A program made the translations under genes and the position numbers. Under the pieces are notes generated by a model. It did no database searches and had not been told where the DNA came from. It saw only the letters and a program-made list of their open reading frames with translations. From Selaginella moellendorffii (lineage: Eukaryota > Plantae > Lycopodiophyta), in assembly GCF_000143415.4 (NCBI RefSeq), contig NW_003314323.1:996499-1060498 (forward strand): a stretch of 64,000 bases of DNA, in the 5' to 3' direction. This document shows, piece by piece, positions 1 to 11,658 of this stretch; position 1 is the stretch's first letter; each line of letters opens with the position of its first letter.

Positions 1-979
1 TCCGACCGTTATTTTGCTCCAAGATTCTACAGTTTGGTGTGCATTGACCTTTCCATTGACACTGCAAATGGACACCACAATCAGATGCGGGATCACAAGA
101 AACCAACTTCACTAACTCTAGTTTCACCAAGATCTACGTAAGGAGTTATGAAATGAAAGGACCCTCTCTATTGAAATGTGTTTATGGTCCTAGGGGCATT
201 GTGACATATCCTTTGATATCTGGGCAAATGTTGTAAGAGGCAGATACCGAGCAGATGTATCTCAGGCTAGCGAAGGGGACAAACGAAAGTTAGCTATAAA
301 CATGACGGGATGCAAATAGATTACTAGGCTGGTCCTGCGAAAATCAAAAACCATAATTGAAAACATTGAAAATGCAAAAAGAAAGGTTTATAATATTTTA
401 TAATTTTAAGCAACCAAAGGAATGTAAGTAGGGCATGTGTTTGTAAGTTTAAAAATGCCTCAACCACTTAAATTCCCAAGTAAATAAAGCTGTTTCTATT
501 TTTGGTACAGGTAAACTTTATAGCGTGTGGGCTCATGCAATTTTGAACCCAAAAATGCACCAAAAAATGCTCGACTAGCATTATTCTTTGAATGGCGTGT
601 GGCCTTATATTGCCATAAATGGACGTACACACACAGCATAATTATTCCTTTACACGGCGAATAATCTTGGTGCGGATCGCTGACATGGCATAGTAAAGTT
701 CGAATCACTGACATGGCACAGCTGGATCGAGGCAAGGACATGATGTGACAAAGTTCAACCTCCGACAGCAAAGTCTAGAAGCTACTCAGTTTGAAATTTG
801 TCAGAGGAATCATAAGATCTAGTTTGTCAGAGGATTTGATGTGACGTTCAAGCGTGTGTTATTTTTGAATTCTCGAACTCATTCCTAGGTCTATCATTTT
901 TGTGCGCCGTGTTCTTAGTTCCGCTGAGCGCAGTGAGCGTTGCTTGTGTAAGCGGCATTGTGAGCTGTGGTTTATGCGT

Positions 980-1112
980 CTACGAGCGGTTGCGGCATTG
1001 CGAGCGCTATTGCGAGCGGCAGTTTATGCGAGTGGCAGTTTGTGCGAGCGGCGCTACGAGCAGTTGCGGTGTTGCGAGCGGCACTACGAGTAGTTGCGGT
1101 GTTGCGAGCGGC
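980..1112 (+). repeat. CpG-rich 30-bp tandem repeat upstream of transposase (copy A)
   Basis: Repeats of TACGAG(C/T)AGTTGCGGTGTTGCGAGCGGC(A/G)C plus shorter TGCGAGCGG units. Confidence 0.85.
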
Positions 1113-1478
1113 ACTATCTTTGGTGTGGCTACCGCTTCCTCTTGATATTCGGCATTTGTGCTTCCTGGTATGTTCACCATGGAATGGCTTAGGACCACAT
1201 TTAGAAATGGCATGAGGCCACATGCCATCTTGGGCCCTTGCAATTTCATGGCTAGCGTATTGTCATGTATGTTTTTACTTGCCTCCAGCTGTGTGTATAT
1301 CAAGATGGCATGAGGCCTCATGCCAATTTTGTGAATGCGAAATTTCACGTGGGTGTCAATAGCATGTTTGAATAATGGCATGTGGCCTCATGCTATTGAG
1401 GTTGTTTGGTATGTTATGATTTAGGCCATTCTCCAATCATTTTTTGTATGGTTTTAACTTCTTTTCTGCACTTTCAGA

Positions 1479-4400
1479 ATGGCCTTCAGGGTTGGGGAAA
1501 AGGTTTACATTTTGAATGGTGGGAAGAGAGTTGCAAAAGGGACCCTTGTGTCTATGGATCGGAACTTTGTTATACACTGTCAAAGGCTTGGGGAAGGCAA
1601 TGCTGCTGTATCAGTAGAGACTGTCTTCGATGGGAATGTGGTCGCTATTGAACGAGGAGAGATGGTCGTCGGGGTAAATGTTGTTGTTGCCTTGAAAAAT
1701 CTTCAGAAGAAAGCAAATGTTGGGGACAGCGCAAGTGCGACGCATGTTCCCTCCGTGGATCTTAAGAACCGTGCTACATGGATTCAGGCGAAGGTGTTTC
1801 TAAACAACCCCGAGGGGGAGGTGGTAGCTGAGGGCTTAGCCACAGTTGTCGATCCAAGAGATGCGGTTGCTAATCAAGAATTGGGCTGGGATGATATTGG
1901 AGTTGTGATTTTAGAGGTTGTTGACACAGAAGAAAACAGTCTGACTATTGGAAGCATTGTGCGGTGGAAATTGAGGCACTTAGTGTTTGAGAATGTGAAG
2001 GATTCACAATCAAACACCACTACAATTGATGACAGAACATCTCTTCATGGGAAAAGAAAGTACACCTTCCTAAAGCGCAGCCAAAGGGATCTGAGCAACG
2101 AACCGAAAAGGCAGAAAATGGCGATGGAGGTTCGAATGGTCTCGACAGTTGCTTGTTGCAAGAGGAGGTGCTGTCAACATGCTGATTGGGATGCTATTGA
2201 AGAGGAGAGAGCAAGATACAAGACATTGTCCTGGAAGGCAGCTCGCAATTTTGTGTATGAGGCATTACGGTCATCTGTTGATGCTTCAGAACATCAGGTG
2301 GGGGGCATGGTCTTCCAGAGGGGTTTGGTCTGCATGAAGGCATGGAGAATCATTTATGGAGTCCCTCGAACCACATTCTACAGAATCAAAACTGAGTTCG
2401 AGGAACAAAGGGTTCAACAGGCAGTCCATGGGAACGACGGTACGCACAAAACCAGGGGTCATGTTGTATATGGAGAGGCAATCTTCAAGAGGTTTGTCGA
2501 GATATGTAGCGAGCAGCAACCACATAAAACCCGCCTCTTGGAAGATGGAACACGAGACACCCAACGAGTTCTCCCTTCCATGTATACCAAGGGGGCCATA
2601 TTGGAAGATGTGAATCGGGAACTCCAGAGTAATGGCTACAGGAAGTTGAGCCAATCTAGATTTAGTAGATTGTGGAGCAACAGGTTCAGGGATGTGAGTA
2701 TAGGAAAGTACTCCAGCTTTTCAAAGTGTGACGAGTGCACTGCTATCAAAATGGCTTTGTCGAAGAACTCTTGCAGCGCTCAAGAGCGAGAGACGTTGGT
2801 TAGAAGGCGGCTCGACCACAACATCGAGCAGAGAAGCTGCAGGACTGCATATTATCATAACAGGATTCTCTCCATGGAGAGACCTGACTCTTACCTCTGC
2901 ATCATCCACGACAAAATGGACCAGAAAAAGACGTGCTTACCTCGACTCAATCCTGCCCCCAAGGCAATCTCTTCATCCATGCAGCTGTCTGTGTCTCTGT
3001 TTGGCATAATCGCTCATGGGCATGGTGCCCAGAACTATGGGAACTTCTTTGTACCTCTATGGGGTGGCGGGGGTGCAAACATGATGATTGCGTCCCTAGC
3101 AAAACACTTAAGGTCTCTGCAAAGTGCGCAGACTGAGCTGAACGGCCAACCCTTGCATAAGGCCCTTGTCGATTGAACCCCATACAGGGTTCAGCTGGAG
3201 GAGGAGCAAAGGCTTGCAGTATCGCGTGGGGCCCCATGCCATCCCAGTGAATATGTTGGCCGTCAGATTGTAGGGTTATCACGTGAGGCCTCATGCCATT
3301 CCGACGAGGCTGGTCGCCCGGTGAATGCACAGCCTCATCCAAACGAAGCAGAATCTCAAGGAAGTTCTTGCGGCCGATGTGGCCTTCCACCCCATCTTCT
3401 GCTCCAAACAGACAATGCTGGCAGTGAGAACAAAAACATGTACGTCTTTGCGTACTTGGCGATGCTTGTTGCCAAAGGCATATTTGAAACGGTTACACTT
3501 GGCTTTCTCATGGTTGGGCACACTCATGAAGACGTCGATGCCATGTTCAGTCACCTAGCAGAGTCCCTCCGGCGATCCAATGTCCTCACCCTCCCACAAC
3601 TCTACGATGAATTCCAAAATTGCATCAAAGGCACTGTTGAAGCTGCACTTCTGACAGAGGTTCCAGACTTTAAGGGGTTTGTAAGAGGCTACATCAGGGA
3701 CGGATCCGAAACGCTGATTGGCCACTCCAAGCCTCTTCAGTTTCATTTCAGCATGTGTGACGGTGCTCCAGTGATGAGGTACAAGATGAGAGAATGGGAC
3801 ACAGTGTGGCTGCCAGTGGACGGCATTGAACTCTTCAAGAGAGATCCCATAACTGGGGAACCTATGATTCCTTAGGGTTCCCCACGGCCGATGCACCCGG
3901 ATGGACTCAAAGACTAGGAAAGTATAGTGGCCGGGATTAGACAGCATATTGCCTTCTGGAAGAGGGGGTTGGTGTTTGGTGGAGAATCCTATTTTCAGAG
4001 GTGCAAGCCTTTGCTCGAATACTGGGAGAAGATTATATCTGCTATCCAAAATGGGCCGGTTGTATATGAAGAATTGGAAGAGTCCTTTTGGCCAGAACCC
4101 AGAGCACCAGATAGTAGCGGAACAATGTCGTCTGGAAATGCAGTGACAGATAACGATGTTGAGGATCACTATTGTGGGCCGAGGAACAAGAAGCCGGATT
4201 CAGCATTCAATCCAGTACAGGTCTGCAAAGGAATGGTCGTGCTTGTCAGACCCAGTAATAAAAAACAAATGATATGGGTGGGGCGCTACATCACTGATGC
4301 AGAGGAGGACGCGGAAACTAACTCCTTCAATGTAACTGTGGAGTGGTTCAAGCCAAGTTCCGGATATACGAAGGATTGCCTAGAAAAGAGATGGGTGCTG

Positions 4401-4620
4401 AATCCAAGGGATCCCAGCATGAGCATATCGGTGGATAATGTTGTGCATGGTTGGATGCGGAAGCAGAGTGCCACCATCACCTTGCCAGACCATGCAAGAG
4501 ATGCAGCAAGAGCATTCATAACCCGGGTTCAAGGTGAGATTCATTAATATTCCTTTACTAAGTTTCTAATGTATTTTATTTCAAGGTGAACAATCCGAAT
4601 CTGAATCAGAGGAGGCCTGA
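1479..4620 (+). pseudogene. DDE transposase (DUF7869/Sola1-like), copy A, with three in-frame stops
   Basis: Same-frame ORFs 1479-3176, 3321-3875 and 3927-4547. Motifs HDKMD, QTDN..ENKN, FLMVGHTHEDVD. Stops TGA 3174 and TAG ~3915 read CGA and CAG in copy B; TAG 3873 is shared. Probable last intron 4534-4585 and terminal exon GEQSESESEEA*. Confidence 0.85.
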
Positions 4621-5732
4621 TATAGTGTGTGAGGTAAAACAAAGATGATGTGACATATGCATTTACCAATCACACGTGCATAAATCTAATAATATGGCGT
4701 GTGGCCCATATTAATGGCACATAAACCCATATTGTGGGCTTATGTACTTTATGTACCATCATTCCCTTGCAGCGTGTGTGTTGGTTTCCTTTTATAACAC
4801 AACGAACTCCATATTTTAGGGTGAAGAGCGTTCTCATGGCAAGCACAAAATCTGTAAGTGAGGCAGAAAAGGAGACGGAGAAGGAGATAGGTGAAGATGT
4901 AGAATATATAAGTCTTCCAAACTCCCCGTACTATACTCCAGGTGATCATTTTTCTGAACAAACGGCAATATTAACAACTATCGAGAACGCCCCAGTAACG
5001 TCAGAGACAACAATCCAAAGCAAAACAACTGACCCAGAGAAGGATGATAGTACCGCTGAGAGTACCAAAAAGGAGGTGTCCACTAGCGCTTAGGCTTATA
5101 ATGGCGTGTGCCCTCATGCCATTTACTTGATCACCAAATACCCTTTTCCCTTTGCACTAGTATATCTTAATACCGGTCTGAGAAATAGAATGGCATGTGC
5201 CCTCAGGCCTTTTACTAAATCACCTTTGAAAGAAATGCAAGCCTCTATGTCGTAAAAAAAAGGTACTAGAGAAATTCCTTAATAATATGAATGTTATTTA
5301 GTTTCATGAAAATACACTAAGGGTGGTCAAATGAGTTAAATGACTTCTCCAGACTAGCAATGCCTCTTGCTACACCTTCACAATTAGATTCGTTAGAAAA
5401 AGATAACATTGAATAATATCTAAATGTTCTCACCATTAAGTGATATGTCTGGCTAATAGGAATGACGTTCATCTTGGAAAGCTCACCACACGCTTAATGA
5501 ACAAACAAATAGTGTGTGCGCGCATGCCATCGCTCTTCTTTAGCTTCAGATTCGGCTTGTTCACCTTGACAATGAGATTTATTATACAACCAGATGGACT
5601 CAATCTGGACATAAAGTCACCGCGCTAGTCACCATGCCCCAGATATGTCTAGCCCCTGGACAAAAAACATATAATTTCACGTCATTTTCAAATACTTAAA
5701 AATTTGTACCTAGTCCCATTTTACTGAATAAA

Positions 5733-5756
5733 TCCCACTTTAACGAAATAGAGCTT
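5733..5756. repeat. Terminal inverted repeat of copy A (transposase-side end)
   Basis: 21-bp core identical to 23819-23839 and to the reverse complement of 10526-10546; followed by CTT and then CTTC. Confidence 0.9.
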
Positions 5757-6343
5757 CTTCGCTATCATGCCCTTTGTGTTAGTCTCATTTCAGTCCTAAA
5801 TGCTATTTATAGAAAGTGTCTAGATTCGCTCATTTGGCATCTTTACGGAATGTAGAGGTCGGCCTGAACACAATGGTGTTTGTCCCGTGTCCAAATTTGC
5901 AATTTAGCACCATTCCATATTTAGTAAGTTTTGAGCTTGTCCTAGAGACTAACTCTTGGTACTAAGGGAGGCTTGGGGTGAAAGCCCAAAGCGTGTGTTC
6001 CTCAAGGGGGGGGGGGCTATGGGGGTTCCAAATGTATAGTAGGGATAGTGGTTGGAATGCATATCTGATTACCTGAGACATTAGTTTGGCTTTTGCTGGG
6101 CTATGTCGCTCTTTGTTCTGCGTCTGGCTTAGGTCTAAGCCAAAGCTCCATGCTGCTCTAGTTGGTGGAGTACCCTCCTCCTCGCGTTAGACCACCAGTA
6201 TGCCAAAATTGTGCCAGACTCTATCTGACACCATTTTGCGTGTAGGTGCTAGATACGGGGAGCTGGTGCTCGTGGGATTGTACCGAACCCTCGTTTGTAA
6301 TGCAATGGGCTTGGAGTTTGGCTCCAAATTCATGTGCACTACA
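5757..6343 (+). mobile_element. Displaced distal part of the 3' LTR of the Gypsy element at 23843-30608
   Basis: Homologous to the reverse complement of 29691-30275; ends ...CACTACA followed by TAACC, matching the GGTTA flank at 30609-30613. Confidence 0.88.
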
Positions 6344-7860
6344 TAACCAAAGTCGAAGATACCTTACTCAGTATCCGAGATTAATTCTTCAACAATACTC
6401 AAGTATATATAACACATTATCAAAGAGTGATTCACCACATCCAAGACTCAATAAAATCTAATACCACAGACTAAACATAACCAAATGATATCAATAGAAG
6501 TATAGTCAATATGCTAACATAGAAAAACCATGCAAGTTTAATGATATGATCCTCCGCAACACCACCCAGTAAAGCAAGCTCATCATTGCTAAATCATCAT
6601 CGAGCGAAGCACGTGTTCCAGTCTTTGATAAAGTCTAGAAGCAATCATTAGTTGCAAATCAACTAACAATCACTTTTCAACTTGCCTTCACAAAACCCAA
6701 ATACTAAATTCATATCATCAAGTCATATGCTTGTTTAACATGAATATAATATCCTAAATATAAGATATAGGAACATGGACAAGCACAAACTAAGTGACTA
6801 CTCGAATCCAACTCAACCGCAATAAACTCACCAATATGTTTAGCCAATAGCTCTTAGTATGCCTTGAAGAGGCTTGCTATGCATGATTAACACTTAGTCG
6901 AAACTATAGTAAAGATCATGAAATGGACTCATGTTAGTACATAACCTCCTGATAGACAAGCTATAATATGGGTACCAACATCTCAACTTTAAACAACTAA
7001 GTTGGATATCACCATCCTTAGCTAAGATGCAAAGCTACCAAGACCAAGTCAGGATCAATGAGAGCTCACTACTCTCATAGAGTCTTAACGAAATACAAGG
7101 TGCAACCTACCACCTAGCAAAGTTCTACAAAAGAAAAACACAAAGGTTACCTTTCTAGAAAAGTGCAATAGCCACTTTTCTACACCAACTCTAAACCTTA
7201 TTCAACTCAATTGCCTTATCTCTAAAAGTTAGTATCCCTTTCAGGTTGCATCATACAAACTATCTACTAAGGTGTAAACCAACTAAAGTCAACTCCAGCC
7301 CCTTCATTAATTTGTACTGGCTTACAAAAACGGAATGGTTTTCGAGAAATGTAACTGACAAACTAGCCATTACAAAAGCCTAAGAAAATTTGTGAAAAAT
7401 TTTCCATCTTAGAGAAAGAATGACTCTTTATCCAAGAATGCAAACTTTCAAGACTCAACCAACTTTTTTCTACCAACAACTTCACATATATTCACCTCAA
7501 CACAAATTCTCATGACCCAATAACATGCTTAAGTATCAAACATCATACCCATAATTCTGACATTTAATACTAACATCTGCAAAATGCAAAATGAACATTT
7601 AAAGCTTGATCACAAAAATTATATCTTTAGATATTCACATTGCACTAACACTCTTCTTCAACCACTTTCAAGATCTAATATGAAGCCAAAACACTAATTA
7701 AAAAAATGACATGAAAAATTAAGCTCTAAGAAAAATTTCTCATCACTTGAAATAACAATGCCACTTCCACTAACACAAGTGTTAGCAATGCTAATACTTC
7801 AACTACACACTTTCTCCATCTAACAACCTACTCCAAATGCTAACGGATAAACCGATAACG
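6344..7860 (-). mobile_element. Internal fragment of non-autonomous LTR element (LARD-like), inverted
   Basis: Reverse complement of ~37770-39282; its sequence continues at 30609. Confidence 0.8.
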
Positions 7861-9274
7861 GATAAACGAGCCACTAAATGAAGGAATAGAGCCAAACTCC
7901 TAAGGTTGAAGCCAATGAGTAAAGGAATTAGAGCATGGAGTAACTCTCAAGTGTATAGCCCAAGGAGTGAAGGGACAGGAGTATGGAGTGACTTAGAATA
8001 GTCCTAGAGTATCCAGCATCCCAATGCTAGTGTCGCAAATGTGACTTCGAAAGATATTTGTCGGCCAATCCTTACGGACACTCTTTCCTTACTACCATGA
8101 TAGTAAGATGTTGGTACTACTGGTTCTCATCATTAGCCCCTCTTGTCCAAATGTTAGTAAACTAGGCTTAACATTTGTATTTAGCCAGATGGACATAAAG
8201 TAGGAACTCTTATGTGTATCTAGCTGAGCATTCTTAGCCTAGCTTTTAGTTTTCTTTTGCTCTATCTTGCATTAGCTTGGCAAGAACCCTTGTGTATTGA
8301 GATTAATCCCTCAATATCACTAGATGATAGCTTACTGTGTCTGCCAAGCACCCTTGCTATCATGCCTTTTGTATTAGTTTCATTTCGGTCCTAAATGCTA
8401 ATTATGGAAAGTGTCTAGATTTGCTCATTTGGCATATCTACAAAATGTAGATATTGGCTTGAACACAATGGTGTTCATCCCGTACCCAAATTCGCAATTT
8501 AGGGATATTCCATATTTAGTAAGTTTTGAGCTTGTACTTCAACTACACACTTTCTCCATCCAACAACCTACTCCAAGTGCTAACGGATAAACCGATAACG
8601 AATAAACAAGCCACTAAATGAAGGAACAGAGCTAAACTCCTAAGGTTGAAGCCAATGAGTAAAGGAATTAGAGCATGGAGTAACTCTCAAGTGTATAGCC
8701 TAAGGAGTGAAGGGATAGGAGTATGGAGTGACTTGGAATCGTCCTAGAGTATCCAGCATCCCAATGCTAGTGTCGCAAATGTGACTTCGAAAGATATTTG
8801 TCGGCCAATCCTTACGGACACTCTTTCCTTACTGCCATGATAGTAAGATGTTGGTACTACTGGTTCCCATCATTAGCCCCTCTTGTCCAAGTGTTAGTAA
8901 ACTAGGCTTAACATTTGTATTTAGCCAGATGGACATAAAGTAGGAACTCTTATGTGTTTCTAGCTGAGCATTCTTGATATTGAGGGATTAATCTCAATAC
9001 ATAAGGGTTCGTGCCAAGCTAATGCAAGATAGAGCAAAAGAAAACTAAAAGCTAGGCTGCCGGATGATAGCTTACTGTGTCTGCCAAGCACCCTCGCTAT
9101 CATGCCTTTTGTATTAGTTTCATTTCGGTCCCAAATGCTAATTATGGAAAATGTCTAGATTTGTTCATTTGGCATATCTACAAAATGTAAATATTGACTT
9201 GAACACAATGGTGTTCATCCCGTGTCCAAATTCGTAATTTAAAGATATTCCATATTTAGTAAGTTTCAAGCTTG
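7795..9274. repeat. 740-bp tandem duplication (7795-8534 / 8535-9274)
   Basis: TACTTCAACTACACACTTTCTCC recurs at 7795 and 8535; LTR start TGTCGCAAATG recurs at 8031 and 8771. Confidence 0.85.
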
Positions 9275-10493
9275 TCTCAGAGACTAACTCTTAGTATTAA
9301 GGGAGGCTTGCGGTGAAAGCCCAAAACGTGCGTTCCTCAAGAAGGAGGGGGGGGCCTATGAGGGGTTCCAAATGTATAATAGGGATAGTGGTTGGAATGC
9401 ATGTTTGACCACTTAAGACATTAGTTTGGCTCCTGCTGGGCTATGTCACTCTTTGTTCTCCATCTGGCTTGGGTTTAAACTTAAGCTCCATGCTGCTTTA
9501 GTTGGTGGGGTATCCACCTCCTCGCGTTAGGCCACCGATATGCCAAAATTGTGCCAAACTCCGTCTGACACCATTTTGCATGCAAGCACTAAATATGGGG
9601 AGCTGGTGCTTGTGGGATTGTATTAGACCCTTGTTTCGTAGTGCAATGGGTTTGGAGTTCGGCTCCAAATTCAGGTGCACTACAACTAGGACTAGCACAT
9701 AAAACGAAGCCAAACGGAGTTTGGTGCTATTTCAATATACCGGTGGCTTAATACGAGGATATAGGTACTCCACCAGTTAGTATAGTGTGGAACTTGGGCT
9801 TAAACCCAAGCTAGATGCAGAATTAGGACAAACACACAAGCAAGAGTTAGATTATGCCTTAGGTTGGTCAACTATACCTAACATGGCCACTATCCCTATT
9901 ATACATTTTGAAACCCCCTATAACCCCCCCCCCCCCCTCCCCTTGAGGAACACATGCTTTTTAGCTGGTTGGTCTCTAAGACAACTCTAAGACAAGCTTC
10001 TAAGACAAGCTTGAAACTTACTAAATATGAAATGTCCTTAAATTGCGAATTTGAATATGGGACGAACACCATTATGTTCAAGACAATCTTTACGTTCTAT
10101 AAATATGCTAAATGAGCAAATCTAGACACTTTCCATAAATAGCATTTGGGACTAAAATGAGACTAACACAAAAAGCATGATAGCGAGGGTGTTTAGCAGA
10201 CATAGTAAACTATCATCTAGCAATATTGAGGGACTATTCTCAATACACAAAGGTTCTTGTCACTAGCCAGTGCAAAACACAACGAGATGGGAACTCTTTA
10301 CCAGGCTAAGTATGCTTAGCTAATAATATGTAAAAATTCTGTCCTTATACTCGTTCGGTCTAAGTACACTCGAAATGCCTAATTAACTCCACTAGCACAA
10401 GAGGGACCTCCTGCCATCGTGATAATAAAGAAAGAGTATCCGTAAGGATTAGCTGACAAGTAACTTTTGATACCCGAAGTCACATTTGTGACA
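7865..10493 (-). mobile_element. Minus-strand LTR interrupted by a plus-strand solo LTR and a tandem duplication
   Basis: Starts TGTCACAAATGTGACTTCGGG on the minus strand at 10493; sequence before 8031/8771 continues at 9685. Confidence 0.75.
8771..9684 (+). mobile_element. Solo LTR
   Basis: TG...CA termini (TGTCGCAAAT...GCACTACA); flanks GCTAG / ACTAG form a 4/5 TSD. Confidence 0.8.
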
Positions 10494-11658
10494 ATTAACA
10501 TGCTTGAGAGTTGTGGACTTGAATGCTCTATTTCGTTAAAGTGGGATTTATTCAGTAAAATGGGACTAGGTACAAATTTTCAAGTATTTGAAAATGACGT
10601 GAAATTATATGTTTTTTGTCCAGGGGCTAGACATATCTGGGGCATGGTGACTAGCGCGGTGACTTTATGTCCAGACTGAGTCCATCTGGTTGTATAATAA
10701 ATCTCATTGTCAAGGTGAACAAGCCGAATCTGAAGCTAAAGAAGAGCGATGGCATGCGCGCACACACTATTTGTTTGTTCATTGAGCGTGTGGTGAGCTT
10801 TCCAAGATGAACGTCATTCCTATTAGCCAAACATATCACTTAATGGTGAGAACATTTAGATATTATTCAATGTTATCTTTTTCTAACGAATCTAATTGTG
10901 AAGGTGTAGCAAGAGGCATTGCTAGTCTGGAGAAGTCATTTAACTCATTTGACCACCCTTAGTGTATTTTCATGAAACTAAATAACATTCATATTATTAA
11001 GGAATTTCTCTAGTACCTTTTTTTTACGACATAGAGGCTTGCATTTCTTTCAAAGGTGATTTAGTAAAAGGCCTGAGGGCACATGCCATTCTATTTCTCA
11101 GACCGGTATTAAGATATACTAGTGCAAAGGGAAAAAGGTATTTGGTGATCAAGTAAATGGCATGAGGGCACACGCCATTATAAGCCTAAGCACTAGTGGA
11201 CACCTCCTTTTTGGTACTCTCAGCGGTACTATCATCCTTCTCCGGGTCAGTTGTTTTGCTTTGGATTGTTGTCTCTGACATTACTGGGGCGTTCTCGATA
11301 GTTGTTAATATTGCCGTTTGTTCAGAAAAATGATCACCTGGAGTATAGTACGGGGAGTTTGGAAGACTTATATATTCTACATCTTCACCTATCTCCTTCT
11401 CCGTCTCCTTTTCTGCCTCACTTACAGATTTTGTGCTTGCCATGAGAACGCTCTTCACCCTAAAATATGGAGTTCGTTGTGTTATAAAAGGAAACCAACA
11501 CACACGCTGCAAGGGAATGATGGTACATAAAGTACGTAAGCCCACAATATGGGTTTATGTGCCATTAATATGGGCCACACGCCATATTATTAGATTTATG
11601 CACGTGTGATTGGTAAATGCATATGTCACATCATCTTTGTTTTACCTCACACACTATA

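Larger units (their letters stand above)
1..5756 (+). mobile_element. TIR DNA transposon, copy A (partial; runs off the left edge of the window), inverted duplicate of 10523-16383
   Basis: Near-identical reverse complement of 10523-16383; ends in TIR core TCCCACTTTAACGAAATAGAG (5733-5753); contains the transposase gene. Confidence 0.93.

Noticed and set aside
900-1381. Overlapping short ORFs here and at 14898-15379 and 17270-17828
   Set aside because: Products of GC-rich tandem repeats; low-complexity translations.
4734-5093. 119-aa acidic ORF (also 11186-11545)
   Set aside because: Conserved only because the copies are recent duplicates. It could be an extra exon after the AG near 4819, but there is no supporting motif.
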